Shown here in pieces: positions 8,755-19,204 of a stretch of DNA of 40,753 bases. The notes beneath the pieces were generated by a model. The model saw only the letters and a program-made list of their open reading frames with translations, made no database searches and had not been told where the DNA came from. How positions within the stretch are numbered: position 1 is the stretch's first letter; every line of letters begins with the position of its first letter. This stretch comes from Myxococcales bacterium. Lineage in GTDB: Bacteria; Myxococcota_A; Polyangia; Polyangiales; Polyangiaceae. Made by a program: the position numbers and the translations under genes. The stretch is from positions 1 to 40,753 of the forward strand of contig JAYUYU010000816.1 in assembly GCA_043752365.1 (NCBI GenBank). The letters run 5' to 3'.

Positions 8755-10407
8755 ATGCGACGCATCTCAGGCTGCGTTTGCCTGCTGGCTCTGACTTCGC
8801 TGCTGACGCTGGCAGGCTGCGAAGGCATGATCACTGCGGCTCCTGGCACTGCGGCTCCAGGTACTGCGCCTCCTGCCACTAGCGGTGATGGCAAATCGCC
8901 GTCGACCTGCACCGATATCGCCGTGGGCGCGACCGAACTGCAACCACTGAGCTCACTCCACTACACCAACACCGTCAGGGACCTGCTGGGCGTGGAAGGG
9001 GAGACGGCCAAGAAATTTCCGGCCGACGAAGAGGTCGGGCCCTTTCGGTTCAAAACGTCTGCAGTCACGGGCTTGCAAGCCGAGCTGTACCGTGATGCAG
9101 CCGAGGAAACCGCCGCCCTCGCGGTGCAAAAGCTTGCTGACGTGGTGCCTTGCGATGCGGGGAGCGAAGACGCGACGTGCGCCCGCAAATTTATCGCGAA
9201 GATCGCGCCGCGCGCTTATCGTATGCCAGTCGCCGAGGTGGATGTGACCCGGCTCGTCAGCGTCTACGAAAGCGTACGACGGGAGGGTGGGACGTTCGCA
9301 AGCGGGATGCGCGTCACGATCGCCGCCATCCTGCAGTCGCCGAGATTTCTTTACCACCTCGAGCCGTCCGCGACGCCGCCCGGTACGATGCATCGCCTAT
9401 CCGGCTTCGCTTTGGCGTCGAGGCTTTCGTACTTTTTTTGGGACTCGATGCCCGATGACGCCCTTTTCAAGTCCGCCGAGACCGGTGAGCTGGACAGCGA
9501 CGCGGGGCTCAGCGTCCAAGTGGACCGCTTGCTCACGTCACCTCGCGCGCGCGAGGCAATGGGTCGACTTCATCGCCAGTGGCTCCGGGTCGACGACCTC
9601 GGAACTTTGACCAAGGATACCGTCCGTTTTCCTCGCTTCACTCCCTCGCTCGCCTTAGCGATGCGGCAAGAGATCGCCGACTTTGCCAATCACGTCATCT
9701 TTCAAGGCGACGCACGTCTCGGCACGTTGCTCACCGCAGGTTTCACGACCACGTCGAATCCCGATCTGCTCGCGCTCTATGGCGCCACAATCCCTCAAGC
9801 GGACGGAACCATACTTCTCGATCCTACGCAGCGTGCGGGCCTATTCACCAGAGCCGCGCCTATGGCGGCGCTTGCTAACTCGGTCGAAGCATCGCCCATC
9901 AAGCGTGGGGTCTTCGTGCGAAGGAACCTGCTCTGCCAGCCCTTGCCGCCACCGCCGGAAGCGGTTGCCGCTCCCAGCGTGGACGCCAATGCGTCGACGC
10001 GCGAACGGTTCGCCCAGCACACCGCGGACGCCGCCTGCGCCGCCTGCCATCGCCTGATCGATCCCGTGGGGTTCGGGTTCGAAAACTACGACGCGATAGG
10101 CGCGTACCAAGGCGCGCAAGCGGGGAAGCCAGTCGATGCATCGGGGGAGCTGACCGATACCGACGTCAACGGAGCGTTCAATGGGGCGCTGGAACTCTCC
10201 GCCAAGCTCGCCGAAAGCGCCGACGTGCGCAACTGCGTGGCCTCTCAATGGTTCCGTTTTGCCCTTGCGCGCACGCCGGCCAACGAAGACGCATGCGCCA
10301 TGGCACAAATCCAGGGCGCTTTCGCCACGAGCGGCGGCGACGTTCGTGAGCTCGCCCGTGCCATCGTCGCTTCGAACTCCTTCCGCTACGCGCGAACAGG
10401 CTTGTGA
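8755..10407 (+). CDS. DUF1592/DUF1588-domain lipoprotein with CxxCH (module 3)
   Basis: Lipobox TLAGC; YTNTVRDLLG, QSPRFLY, ASRLSYFFWDSMPD, RGVFVRRNLLC, CAACH. Confidence 0.9.
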   Translation: MRRISGCVCLLALTSLLTLAGCEGMITAAPGTAAPGTAPPATSGDGKSPSTCTDIAVGATELQPLSSLHYTNTVRDLLGVEGETAKKFPADEEVGPFRFKTSAVTGLQAELYRDAAEETAALAVQKLADVVPCDAGSEDATCARKFIAKIAPRAYRMPVAEVDVTRLVSVYESVRREGGTFASGMRVTIAAILQSPRFLYHLEPSATPPGTMHRLSGFALASRLSYFFWDSMPDDALFKSAETGELDSDAGLSVQVDRLLTSPRAREAMGRLHRQWLRVDDLGTLTKDTVRFPRFTPSLALAMRQEIADFANHVIFQGDARLGTLLTAGFTTTSNPDLLALYGATIPQADGTILLDPTQRAGLFTRAAPMAALANSVEASPIKRGVFVRRNLLCQPLPPPPEAVAAPSVDANASTRERFAQHTADAACAACHRLIDPVGFGFENYDAIGAYQGAQAGKPVDASGELTDTDVNGAFNGALELSAKLAESADVRNCVASQWFRFALARTPANEDACAMAQIQGAFATSGGDVRELARAIVASNSFRYARTGL

Positions 10408-10444
10408 GCGTGAAAAGACCACGACTTGGAAGGCAAGGTCCGAC

Positions 10445-11848
10445 ATGAGGGCACCTGGCTCCGGCGATTTCAAACGACCCAATCGACATTTCTCACGCCG
10501 CGGCGTGCTTGCTGGGCTCGGTGCGGCAGCGGGCCTTTCGCCCTTCCTGCCATTGCTCGAGCGTGAGAGCGCAGCCGCGCCCGCCCCACCACCTACTCGG
10601 CTCGTGCTTCTCTTCTCGTCCAACGGGTCGCTGCACGAGAAGTGGGCTCCCATCGGAGGTGTCACCGATTTCCAGCTGAACGAAATGATGGCACCGCTCC
10701 AAAGCCACAAAGATAGGCTCGTCATCTTGGACGGTCTTCGCATCGAGCATCGAAGCGAAGACCCTGGCGATGGCCATCAGCAAGGCATCGCCAAGCTGTG
10801 GACCGGGAGCACCCTGGTCAAGGACCCGACGAGCGACCAGCCTTGGGGAGGGGGACCCTCCATCGACCAAGTCGTGGCCAACGCGATCGGCAATCAGACC
10901 CGCTTCAAGAGCTTGGAGTTCGGCGTGCTCCCCGGTTTTCGTCAGGACGGCTCGTCCGTCTTTAGCCGCATGTGCTACTCCGGCGCGCGCCAGCCGGTCG
11001 CGCCCGTGGGAGACCCCGCGCAGATGTTCACTCGTCTGTTTGCCGATGTCGGGGTTGGACAAAGCGCCTTGCAACGCGTGCAGGCGGAACGCCGCAGCGT
11101 ACTCGACCTAGTAAAAGGTGATCTGGCTGCTTTGCAGCCCCATTTCGGCGCCGTAGATCGCATCAAACTCGACGCACATCTCACCGCGATTCGCGAGCTC
11201 GAGATGCGAAACGACGCCCCGGTTGCAGAATGCAAAGCCCCTGCCCAAGGTGCCGAGGTCGATCCCAACGGCAACGATAACCTGCCCGCGCTCTCGCGCC
11301 GGATGATCGAACAGCTCGTGATGTCGTTTGCCTGTGATCTTACCCGCGTAGCCAGCTTGCAGTGGTCCTCATGCGGTTCGATCGAAGAGTACGGGTGGCT
11401 CATCCCCGAACTCCGCAACGCGACCGTGCTCGACATCACGACCAACACGGCCGTCGTGGCTCACCATCACGGCCTCGGGCACATGGACGATGCCGACCCT
11501 CGAATGACCGCTTGGCTCACCAAAATCCAAGCCTTCTACGCATCGGAACTCAGCTACATGCTCGACTTGATGGCTGCGATTCCCGAAGGCGACGGAAGCA
11601 TGCTGGACAACACGGTCATTGTATGGGGCAACGAGCTCGCCCGGGGCAATTCGCACGCCAAACACCCGATGCCGTTTCTGTTGGCCGGTGGCGGTGGCGG
11701 CAAAATTCGCGGGGGTCGCTCTCTGAACTTTGGCGACTTGAACCACCAGCGGCTGTTGGTATCGCTCGGCCAGGTGATGGGCCTCGATCTGAACACGTTT
11801 GGCACCGAGGACGGCGGGTCGGGTCCGCTGCCGGGCCTCTTGTCCTGA
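10445..11848 (+). CDS. DUF1552 family protein, Tat signal (module 3)
   Basis: SRRGVLAG; GPSIDQ, FKSLEFG, ACDLTRVAS, HHHGLGH, PEGDGSMLDNT. Start placed at ATG 10445. Confidence 0.88.
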   Translation: MRAPGSGDFKRPNRHFSRRGVLAGLGAAAGLSPFLPLLERESAAAPAPPPTRLVLLFSSNGSLHEKWAPIGGVTDFQLNEMMAPLQSHKDRLVILDGLRIEHRSEDPGDGHQQGIAKLWTGSTLVKDPTSDQPWGGGPSIDQVVANAIGNQTRFKSLEFGVLPGFRQDGSSVFSRMCYSGARQPVAPVGDPAQMFTRLFADVGVGQSALQRVQAERRSVLDLVKGDLAALQPHFGAVDRIKLDAHLTAIRELEMRNDAPVAECKAPAQGAEVDPNGNDNLPALSRRMIEQLVMSFACDLTRVASLQWSSCGSIEEYGWLIPELRNATVLDITTNTAVVAHHHGLGHMDDADPRMTAWLTKIQAFYASELSYMLDLMAAIPEGDGSMLDNTVIVWGNELARGNSHAKHPMPFLLAGGGGGKIRGGRSLNFGDLNHQRLLVSLGQVMGLDLNTFGTEDGGSGPLPGLLS

Positions 11849-12068
11849 TCCGGCTTTAGCGCGCAAATAGCAGCGACTCCCGGCGAACGGCGAAGTCCTA
11901 TTCCGACGCAGCGACTGGTAACGCTTCGGTGTGAAGTCTCGGGCTGACCTGCAGGATCATCCATGCCTGCTGCAGTCGGATTCATGGATGGCCCATAACT
12001 TTGGGTCCGCTGTAGGGCACTGGACAGAGATGTCCCCGTTGCGGGTCTCACGCGACGTTTGATCACCC

Positions 12069-13778
12069 ATGGCACCCCTCCTTAATAGCTCTATTGGCTT
12101 TCGTCCCGCTCTCCTGGGGTGGTTGCTGCTTAGTGCTGGCTGCTCCGGAGAGAACGCAGCCTCCGCGCCTTCTTCGCCGGCCGTCAGTGGTGGTGGCGTC
12201 AGTGGTGGACCTGGTCTCGCTACGTCGGCTTGCAGTGTTCCGCAGGCACCACGTGCTCCGTTGCGGCGGCTAACGCACTTCGAATACAACAGCACGGTGC
12301 GGGACCTGCTAGGGGACACGACGTCGCCGGCCAATGCCTTCCCGGGAGAACAGCTCAGTAACGGCTTCGGCAACGACGCCGACGCGCAGCCTGTCTCCAC
12401 CCTGCTGGCCGAGCAGTACATCGCGGCCGCCGAGGCGATTGCAGCGCGCGCGACCGCCCCAGGGCTCATCGGAAACCTAGCCCCATGCGCCGCCGGGCTT
12501 GGCCCCGCTACGGACGCCACGACCGAGCGCGGTTGTGCACAGACCATCGTCGAGCGCTTTGCAGTGCGTGCCTACCGGCGTCCGCTCGGAAGCGGAGAAG
12601 CCGAAGAACTCCTCGCTCTCTACGATTTGACTCGGAACGCTTCGACGTTCGCCAGAGGCGTCGCGTCGGTGCTGGAGGCGGTGCTGCAGAGCGCGGACTT
12701 TCTCTACCGTCCGGAGCTCGGTGTGCCCGAACCGGGTCGCACGGACTTGATGCGCCCCACGGGCGACGAGATGGCGTCACGGCTGTCGTACCTCCTGTGG
12801 GGCACCATGCCGGACGAGGGTTTGCGCGCGGCGGCGGCGGCGGGACAACTCGTCACGAAAGAAGGCGTGCTCGCCACTGCCACCCGCATGCTCGACGACG
12901 CCCGTTCGAGGCCGGTGCTTCGCTTCTTCTTCGACAAGCTGTTGCCCATCCAAGGGCTTGCGACTCTGACACGGGAACCAGCGCTCTTTCCCGGGTTTTC
13001 TTCGGCGATTGGCGCGCTGATGCGCGAGGAAACTCAGACGTTTCTTGAGCACCAGATTTTCCGCGGTCCGGGCAGCTGGCCTTCGGTGTTTACTGCCGAC
13101 TACAGCTTCGTCAATGGGCCACTCGCTAACTTCTACGGAATCCCTGGGGTCACGGGTGACGCATTCCAGCAGGTGCCGCTCGACACTAGCAAGCGCCTCG
13201 GGCTCCTGACGCAGGCCGGTATCGTGGCCGGCAGCGTGGATGCGAATCGCACGAACCCTGTCGTACGCGGCAACTTCATCCTAAAGAAGCTGATGTGCCG
13301 CACCATCCCGCTCCCCACGGGCGACCTTCTAGCGGAGGTCAAGGAGCCCGACCCGTATACCGGCGCGACGGCACGAGAGCGGTTCACGATCCACTCGCAG
13401 AACGCTACTTGCGCCGCCTGTCACCAGCAGCTGGACCCCATGGGCTTTGCGCTGGAGAACTTCGATGCGGTCGGGCTCTGGCGAGATCAGGAGAACGGCG
13501 TGGTCATCGACGCCAGCGGGGAGCTGCCGGCTCTGGGCGGGCCTTTTGGCGGCCCAGTAGAGCTTGCGCGCAGGCTTGCTGAAAGCGAAGAAGTAACGGC
13601 CTGTTTCGCTCAAAACTGGCTCAACTTCGCCTACGGCCGGGTAGTGGGGGAACGCGACCAGTGCAGCATCGATTCGGTGCAGGGCGCCTTTCAGAAGGCT
13701 GGCTACGACGTCAAGGCTCTGCTCCTCGCGCTGACCCAGTCCGATGCATTCGTCTACCTACCGGCGGTCAGGGAGTAA
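12069..13778 (+). CDS. DUF1592/DUF1588-domain lipoprotein with CxxCH (module 4)
   Basis: Lipobox LSAGC; RRLTHFEYNSTVRDLLG, ASRLSYLLWGTMPD, RGNFILKKLMC, CAACH. Confidence 0.9.
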   Translation: MAPLLNSSIGFRPALLGWLLLSAGCSGENAASAPSSPAVSGGGVSGGPGLATSACSVPQAPRAPLRRLTHFEYNSTVRDLLGDTTSPANAFPGEQLSNGFGNDADAQPVSTLLAEQYIAAAEAIAARATAPGLIGNLAPCAAGLGPATDATTERGCAQTIVERFAVRAYRRPLGSGEAEELLALYDLTRNASTFARGVASVLEAVLQSADFLYRPELGVPEPGRTDLMRPTGDEMASRLSYLLWGTMPDEGLRAAAAAGQLVTKEGVLATATRMLDDARSRPVLRFFFDKLLPIQGLATLTREPALFPGFSSAIGALMREETQTFLEHQIFRGPGSWPSVFTADYSFVNGPLANFYGIPGVTGDAFQQVPLDTSKRLGLLTQAGIVAGSVDANRTNPVVRGNFILKKLMCRTIPLPTGDLLAEVKEPDPYTGATARERFTIHSQNATCAACHQQLDPMGFALENFDAVGLWRDQENGVVIDASGELPALGGPFGGPVELARRLAESEEVTACFAQNWLNFAYGRVVGERDQCSIDSVQGAFQKAGYDVKALLLALTQSDAFVYLPAVRE

Positions 13779-13783
13779 GCAAG

Positions 13784-15199
13784 ATGCCAAGCCTACGGTT
13801 GAATCGCAGGACTGTCCTTCGTGGAGCTGGCAGCGTCGCCATCGCTTTGCCTTGGCTGGAGATAATGGGCCACGAGCGTCTCGCGCACGCCCAAGCCGGC
13901 ACTGCGCGGCGCTTCCTGGCCGTTTACACTCCAGGCGGCAGCGTCGTCGACGACGGCCCCCCGGTGGAGTGGGCTCCGAACGCGAACCACCGGAATCGCT
14001 GGGCACCCACTGGCAGCGAGACGAACTTCACACTGAGCCCCATACTGGCGCCACTCGAGGCCGTGAAGAGCAAGCTCTTGGTCCTCGAAGGCCTCGCGAT
14101 GAGGAGCGCTCAGGGTGAACAGCACCAAGCCGGCATCGTGGCTTGGCTGACCGGCAGTGTGCAGGACCGATCTCCACGTGGTTACTCGCTGTTTCCGTCG
14201 ATCGATCAGCTGATCGCCAGCCGCATTTCGCGAGGAAAGAAGCCGAAGGCCAGCCTGCAAATGGCCATCCGTTGGGCGACGGGCGGCTCGAAGGGCCTGC
14301 TGAGTCCGATCAACTGCGCCAACTACGAGGACAACCCCAGTGCGGATCCGATTCCACCGAGTGTGGACCCGGTGGCGATTTATAACGACCTGTTCGGCAG
14401 CCTGGGTCCCACCGATGGCACAGGCGTCGATGGCCGCATCGCGCGCAAGAAATCGATCTTGGACCTCGTTGACAAGAAGTACGTGGCGCTGATGGCGAAG
14501 CTCGGCGCTGCCGATAGGGCCAAGTTGGACCAGCACCTGACTAAAATTCGCGAGGTCGAAGGCGCGCTCGACGCAACCATCGTTCCCGGATTGCGCTGCC
14601 AGCCGCCTGAGCTCCTCGACCCCAAGGGCTACAATGCCAAACAAGGCACCGACTTCGTCCTATCCACCGACGAGATGATCCCCGCCGTGGGCCGGTTCAT
14701 GACGGACATGATGGTGATGGCGTTCGCCTGCGACCTCACGTCCGTGGGAACTTTGCAGTGGACGGACACCGAAGCTCAGCACACCTTCCCTTGGCTTGGG
14801 CTGACCGAGCACCACCATTTCTACCAGCATGATGGCGGTTTCCGCCCGGTCGAGTGCGAGAAGATTTGCACGTGGTACTCGGAACAGCACGCCTACCTGC
14901 TGTCGCAGCTCGACCAGATAGACGTGGGCGGGCATACGCTCTTGGACGAAAGCGTGGTGTTTTTCGGTTCGGAGCTCTCGGATCCACCGAACCACTCCAA
15001 GCACAACATGCCGTTTCTATTGGCCGGTCGCGGAGGCGGGCTGAAGAGCGGCCGCCACATCAAGTTCAGCGACGCTCTCGGCGAGAACAGCCACTCGCAC
15101 AGCAACCTCTTGGTCTCGATCTTGAACCTGTTCGGCGACGAGCGGACGGTTTGTGGCGATCCCGAGTACTGCGCGGGCCCGCTCGCTCAGCTTGTTTGA
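13784..15199 (+). CDS. DUF1552 family protein, Tat signal (module 4)
   Basis: NRRTVLRG...ALPWLEIM; SIDQ, ACDLTSV, HHHFYQH, TLLDESV. ATG 13784 with GGGAG upstream. Confidence 0.9.
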   Translation: MPSLRLNRRTVLRGAGSVAIALPWLEIMGHERLAHAQAGTARRFLAVYTPGGSVVDDGPPVEWAPNANHRNRWAPTGSETNFTLSPILAPLEAVKSKLLVLEGLAMRSAQGEQHQAGIVAWLTGSVQDRSPRGYSLFPSIDQLIASRISRGKKPKASLQMAIRWATGGSKGLLSPINCANYEDNPSADPIPPSVDPVAIYNDLFGSLGPTDGTGVDGRIARKKSILDLVDKKYVALMAKLGAADRAKLDQHLTKIREVEGALDATIVPGLRCQPPELLDPKGYNAKQGTDFVLSTDEMIPAVGRFMTDMMVMAFACDLTSVGTLQWTDTEAQHTFPWLGLTEHHHFYQHDGGFRPVECEKICTWYSEQHAYLLSQLDQIDVGGHTLLDESVVFFGSELSDPPNHSKHNMPFLLAGRGGGLKSGRHIKFSDALGENSHSHSNLLVSILNLFGDERTVCGDPEYCAGPLAQLV

Positions 15200-15220
15200 A
15201 GACGAAGCTGCGTTGAAGGC

Positions 15221-16174
15221 TCAGCCAAGCTCCACCCTGTCGCGCAGGCGCCGCGCAAAAACGCTGGGGGACGTGCCTTCCACCCGCTTGAAGACGCGCG
15301 AGAAGTGAAAGGCATCGCAGAAGGCGAGCTGGGCAGCGATGGCCTTTAGCGGAAGCCCCTTGGCAAGCAGAGTTTTGGCGTGCTCCACGCGCAAACGAGC
15401 GAGCGTAACCATCGGCGACTCGCCAGTCTCGTCGCGATAGCGATGAGCCACGGTCGAAACGCTGACGTGCAGGTGGCGGGCCAAGCGTGAAAGCGTGATC
15501 TTCTCGCTGATGTGGTCCTTGAAGAAGGGAATCACTCGCCGTCGCAAAGACCCCTCGACTTCAGTCGATGCTGGCTCGAGCTCGACAAGGTAGCTTTCGT
15601 GCCCCGTAGGCTTGCTGCTCAGCAGTAGATCGATGATGTAGCAAAGTGTTCCACGTGCACGCCACTGGGCAGCGTCGCCGAACCGGTGTGCCGCCTGGGC
15701 GCACTCGTGGAACAGCTCGCCGACACGGCCACCGACGTCGAGAAAGCGGGCAAAACCGAACGAGGCATTGACCAGGCGTCGCAGACCGACCTCGTCGCCC
15801 CCGGTAAAGTGAATCCAGGCGCTGTGGCGCGAACCCCGCTCGCTACAAGTGTCCTCGAAGAACGTCACTTTAGGCGGATACAGGTGAACGGAGCCGGATG
15901 CGCGCGGCTGCCAACGTGAAACCGGAGCCTCTACCTTGGTGCTTCCGTGGCTGGTGTACTCGTAGTCGACCACCCAAGAGCCGCGACACACACGGTTTAT
16001 CGATCGCGGGTAGGGACCGCGAATTTCGACGGTGTCGAGCACCTCCGGCGGCAACCGCCCATCCGTCCGAAAGCTGTGGCTCAGGGTGTGAGGAGGCATT
16101 TGCGCTTTGCGTGATGCTACATGCGTGAGCGCTGCCACGTCCACGGCTTGAGCAAGTGCGCTTTCTGAGCGCAA
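15221..16174 (-). CDS. AraC/XylS family transcriptional regulator
   Basis: C-terminal double HTH (ITLSRLARHLHVS...LKAIAAQLAFCDAFHFSRVFKRVEGTSP) and a cupin-like N-terminus. Start uncertain (alternative ATG 16099). Confidence 0.9.
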   Translation of the reverse strand: MRSESALAQAVDVAALTHVASRKAQMPPHTLSHSFRTDGRLPPEVLDTVEIRGPYPRSINRVCRGSWVVDYEYTSHGSTKVEAPVSRWQPRASGSVHLYPPKVTFFEDTCSERGSRHSAWIHFTGGDEVGLRRLVNASFGFARFLDVGGRVGELFHECAQAAHRFGDAAQWRARGTLCYIIDLLLSSKPTGHESYLVELEPASTEVEGSLRRRVIPFFKDHISEKITLSRLARHLHVSVSTVAHRYRDETGESPMVTLARLRVEHAKTLLAKGLPLKAIAAQLAFCDAFHFSRVFKRVEGTSPSVFARRLRDRVELG

Positions 16175-16190
16175 GAGCGTCCGCCAAAGG

Positions 16191-17588
16191 CTAATGCCAG
16201 GGCGGGGCTGCGCGGTCTAGCGTGCAATGTGCGCCCAGCACCCGGTTTAGAACCGCGGCGACACGCCGGCAATCGGCCTCCGAATACCATTGATTCAAGT
16301 TCACCGAGATGGCTCGGTTGAAAAGGTCGTCGGCGACTGGGCAGTCCCCACGTGAATAGCTAGCGGAGCCCCCGCGTTCGCGGTAAATCGGACACTGAAA
16401 GGGGCACCCTTCGCCGCTGGGTGAGAGGCCGAGCGTGACTGGATACATGTCCGAATACACGTGCCAGTCGGGACCGGCTCCCGGCCCGCGGAAGGAGCAG
16501 TCGAGGCCGTCGGCTTTCAGTGCCGCCGTAAGGCGTGCACCTAGCTCCAAGTCTTTAGGGTAGAAGCGCAGGACGTAGCCGATCTGGCCCTCCACATCGT
16601 GAATGGTCTGCGGTGTGATTTCCGCGTAGCGCTCCAGGAGCCCGGAAACCCGCTGCTTGACCGACCGAAATCGCATAACCGTTGCACGGAGCTTGGCGAG
16701 CTGCACGACGTCAACGCACGCTTCGAGCTCCGACATTCGGTAGTTCGTCCCGCAAAAGAGCTCGCCCTCGTAGCGCGGCGCCGCAAACCGATCGGGACGC
16801 CAGAGCCCTCCCCCTTCGATGATGCCCAGTGCTCGGTCGCGTAGGCGCTGGCTATTGGTCAGAACGAGCCCGCCTTCGCCGCCGCCGATGATCTTGTAGG
16901 CAGAGATGCTGAAACAGCCAATGTCCCCGATGGTGCCCACGTAGCGACCGCCGTAGCGTGCCCCACAGGACTGGGCAGCGTCCTCGACAACCAGCAACTT
17001 GTGCCGCCGCGCGACCTCCATGATGGCATTCATGTCGCAAACGGCACCCATCACGTGAGTCGGCGCTAGAGCCACCGTTCTTGGGGTGATGCGTGACTCC
17101 AGCGCTACAGGGTCCATGCACATGGACGCATCCACGTCGCAGAAGACGGGCACGCCCTTGGCCATTACGACCGCAGCCGCAGTGGCGTAAAACCCGATTG
17201 CGGGACAAATCACTTCCGTGCCGGGACCAACGCCCACGGCTACCAGGGCCGCATGCAGTGCTCCGGTGCCGCTGCTAGCGCCCATGGCGTATTCGACACC
17301 GAAGAGCTGCCGCGCGCTGCGTTGAAATTCCTCGACCTTGCTCTCGTCCAAACCGCACTGGTGACTAGCCAGGAACGGCCCGGCACCCATGTCTTCGACT
17401 TCGATCGCCGCGCGAACTTTCGATAAAGCGTCTCGACTGAAGCCGAAACGCTCCGCGATAGACATGAACTCCTCGACTCCGACCTTGGGCTCACCGCGGC
17501 TGTCCACGCTCCCGGTGGCCCGAAAGGCCGTTTGCAGAGCCAGTTGCTGTTCTTGCGCCCGAGTTAGGATGGGTTCTGGATTCGCCAT
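16191..17588 (-). CDS. DegT/DnrJ/EryC1/StrS family PLP-dependent aminotransferase
   Basis: SSGTGALHAAL, GPGTEVI, VVEDAAQSCGA, FSISAYK(PLP lysine)IIGGGEGG, GTNYRMSE. Start placed at ATG 17588. Confidence 0.92.
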   Translation of the reverse strand: MANPEPILTRAQEQQLALQTAFRATGSVDSRGEPKVGVEEFMSIAERFGFSRDALSKVRAAIEVEDMGAGPFLASHQCGLDESKVEEFQRSARQLFGVEYAMGASSGTGALHAALVAVGVGPGTEVICPAIGFYATAAAVVMAKGVPVFCDVDASMCMDPVALESRITPRTVALAPTHVMGAVCDMNAIMEVARRHKLLVVEDAAQSCGARYGGRYVGTIGDIGCFSISAYKIIGGGEGGLVLTNSQRLRDRALGIIEGGGLWRPDRFAAPRYEGELFCGTNYRMSELEACVDVVQLAKLRATVMRFRSVKQRVSGLLERYAEITPQTIHDVEGQIGYVLRFYPKDLELGARLTAALKADGLDCSFRGPGAGPDWHVYSDMYPVTLGLSPSGEGCPFQCPIYRERGGSASYSRGDCPVADDLFNRAISVNLNQWYSEADCRRVAAVLNRVLGAHCTLDRAAPPWH

Positions 17589-17729
17589 GGCATGCTCCGT
17601 CGTTGAGACGAAGGTAGCCGCATGCTCGGGATCGGAGAATAGACCGAGCTGCACCAGGCATGTACGGTCTTGCGAGGCGTGCACTCTTCAAGATCGGCGC
17701 GGAGACTCGTCATCGACGCGACTGGAGCG

Positions 17730-18584
17730 CTATCGCTGCGCGGAACGCGCGTAAATCGAATCGGGGTACTTCGTCGCCAGTATCTTCCACACCTCGCGCT
17801 CTTCGCTCGGCTTGCCAAGGGCTCGGAGGGCTCGGGCCTTGCCGTACAGGGCTTCGGCCCCGAGCTGGCTGCCCCGACTGAGGTGTGAGTCGAACACAGC
17901 TAGCGCCTGACCGGCTCGGCCTTGGGCGAGCAGCACGTTGCCGAGCGACACCCGTGCCATCTGGGCCTCGGACGATCCGCCAAAGCGACTCAGCAACAAC
18001 TCGTAGGTGCCCACGGCTTCCGTCGTCTTCCCGGCGCGTCGTTCGGCATTGCCCTTCGAGAATAGGGACTCCGGCGTGAGCGGCTTTTCGTGCAGACGCG
18101 CGGGTGCGGAGTCGACCGGCGCCGGCGGCTCCGCGTACGCCGGCGGCTCCGCCGACGTCGAGGGTTGGCTCGGCGGTGCTGCCGCCGAGGCGCCTGCCAG
18201 CTGGCGAAGAGGCGCTGGGACCCCGCGCTTTACTGACGGCACCGCGAGCGGCGTCACCGTTGCCGGAGCAGGCGCCCGACTCAGCACGACATAACCGCCT
18301 GCTGCGGCGGCGCCAGTAGCCGCGAATCCGACTGCCGCCGCCACGATTACGCCGCGGTTGCGCAAGCGCGCTAGCGGGCCCTGCTTCGTGGACGTCGAGC
18401 GCTCTGCAGACAACGGCAGCGCTTTCGCTCTCGACCCGCGGGCCGCGGCGATCGCGTGCTCTGCCATCCGCGCAGCGAGCGCATCGTCACCCGTGCCGGC
18501 GACTTCCTGCGCGTCGAACGCCCGACCAGCGCGCGACAGCGCCGCTTCAGCCGGATCTTCTGGCGTAGTTCGCTTTAAACTCAC
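17730..18584 (-). CDS. Putative membrane-anchored anti-sigma factor with C-terminal TPR-like helical domain
   Basis: GTGA-coupled to the ECF sigma gene. One Ala/Val-rich TM-like segment, a Pro-rich linker, then TPR-like repeats ending EALYGKARAL...YPDSIYA. Confidence 0.7.
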   Translation of the reverse strand: MSLKRTTPEDPAEAALSRAGRAFDAQEVAGTGDDALAARMAEHAIAAARGSRAKALPLSAERSTSTKQGPLARLRNRGVIVAAAVGFAATGAAAAGGYVVLSRAPAPATVTPLAVPSVKRGVPAPLRQLAGASAAAPPSQPSTSAEPPAYAEPPAPVDSAPARLHEKPLTPESLFSKGNAERRAGKTTEAVGTYELLLSRFGGSSEAQMARVSLGNVLLAQGRAGQALAVFDSHLSRGSQLGAEALYGKARALRALGKPSEEREVWKILATKYPDSIYARSAQR

Positions 18585-19204
18585 GGCTCATCTCCAAGCT
18601 CGGCGCTGAGTCGAGCGTCTTGGCTGATTTTTGTGCGTAGTGTTTCTTTGGCGAGGCGTAGCCGGCTGCGGACGGTGTTCTCCGGGACGGCAGCGGCCCT
18701 GGCAATCTCCTCGACGGTCCAGCCGAGCACGGTGTAGAGGGTCAGCGCCTCGGCTTGCGCCTCCGGCAGCTCGTCGAGCACACGGCGCAGAGCCCGACGT
18801 TGGCGTTCATGCACGAGTTGCGTGATTGCATCCGTGTCCTCCGTGGGCGTCATATCCGCATGCTCGGGCGATGCCGAAGGCGTGTACTTATCGCGGTACC
18901 GACGACTGCGACGGAGCGTGAGGGCTGTGAGCGTTGCAATGCGGCTAGCGAAATGTTTCACGGAGCAACCTGAACGAAAGCCGGAAAGGGCGCGCATCAA
19001 TCCAGCCGATGATTCTTGAAGTGCGTCTTCCAACTCTGGATGCTGATTTCCCATGACGCGTCGCGTGGCGCCGATCATGACCGGGGCTACTGCAATAATG
19101 AGCTGGCGCATGGCGGACTCTTGCCCAGCCTGCGCTGCCACCACCAACCCGACGAGTTCTGCTTCGCTCGCGGAGTGCGGGTGCAATTTCGGAGCGGCTA
19201 TCAA
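18581..19204 (-). CDS. ECF (sigma-70 group 4) RNA polymerase sigma factor
   Basis: Region 2 (EDALQE...LSGFRSGCSVKHFASRIA) and region 4 (LDELPEAQAEAL...GWTVEEIA...ENTVRSRLRLAK). Confidence 0.92.
   Translation of the reverse strand: MIAAPKLHPHSASEAELVGLVVAAQAGQESAMRQLIIAVAPVMIGATRRVMGNQHPELEDALQESSAGLMRALSGFRSGCSVKHFASRIATLTALTLRRSRRYRDKYTPSASPEHADMTPTEDTDAITQLVHERQRRALRRVLDELPEAQAEALTLYTVLGWTVEEIARAAAVPENTVRSRLRLAKETLRTKISQDARLSAELGDEP

Noticed and set aside
8833-8880. 15-nt repeats encoding TAAPG x3
   Set aside because: An ordinary low-complexity lipoprotein linker.
11958-11990. CATCCATG/CATGGATG inverted repeat upstream of module 4
   Set aside because: A single 8-bp inverted repeat not seen upstream of the other modules; could be chance.
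16191-17588. Aminotransferase as a sign of an aminoglycoside or other secondary-metabolite cluster
   Set aside because: No synthase, glycosyltransferase, PKS/NRPS or resistance genes are nearby.
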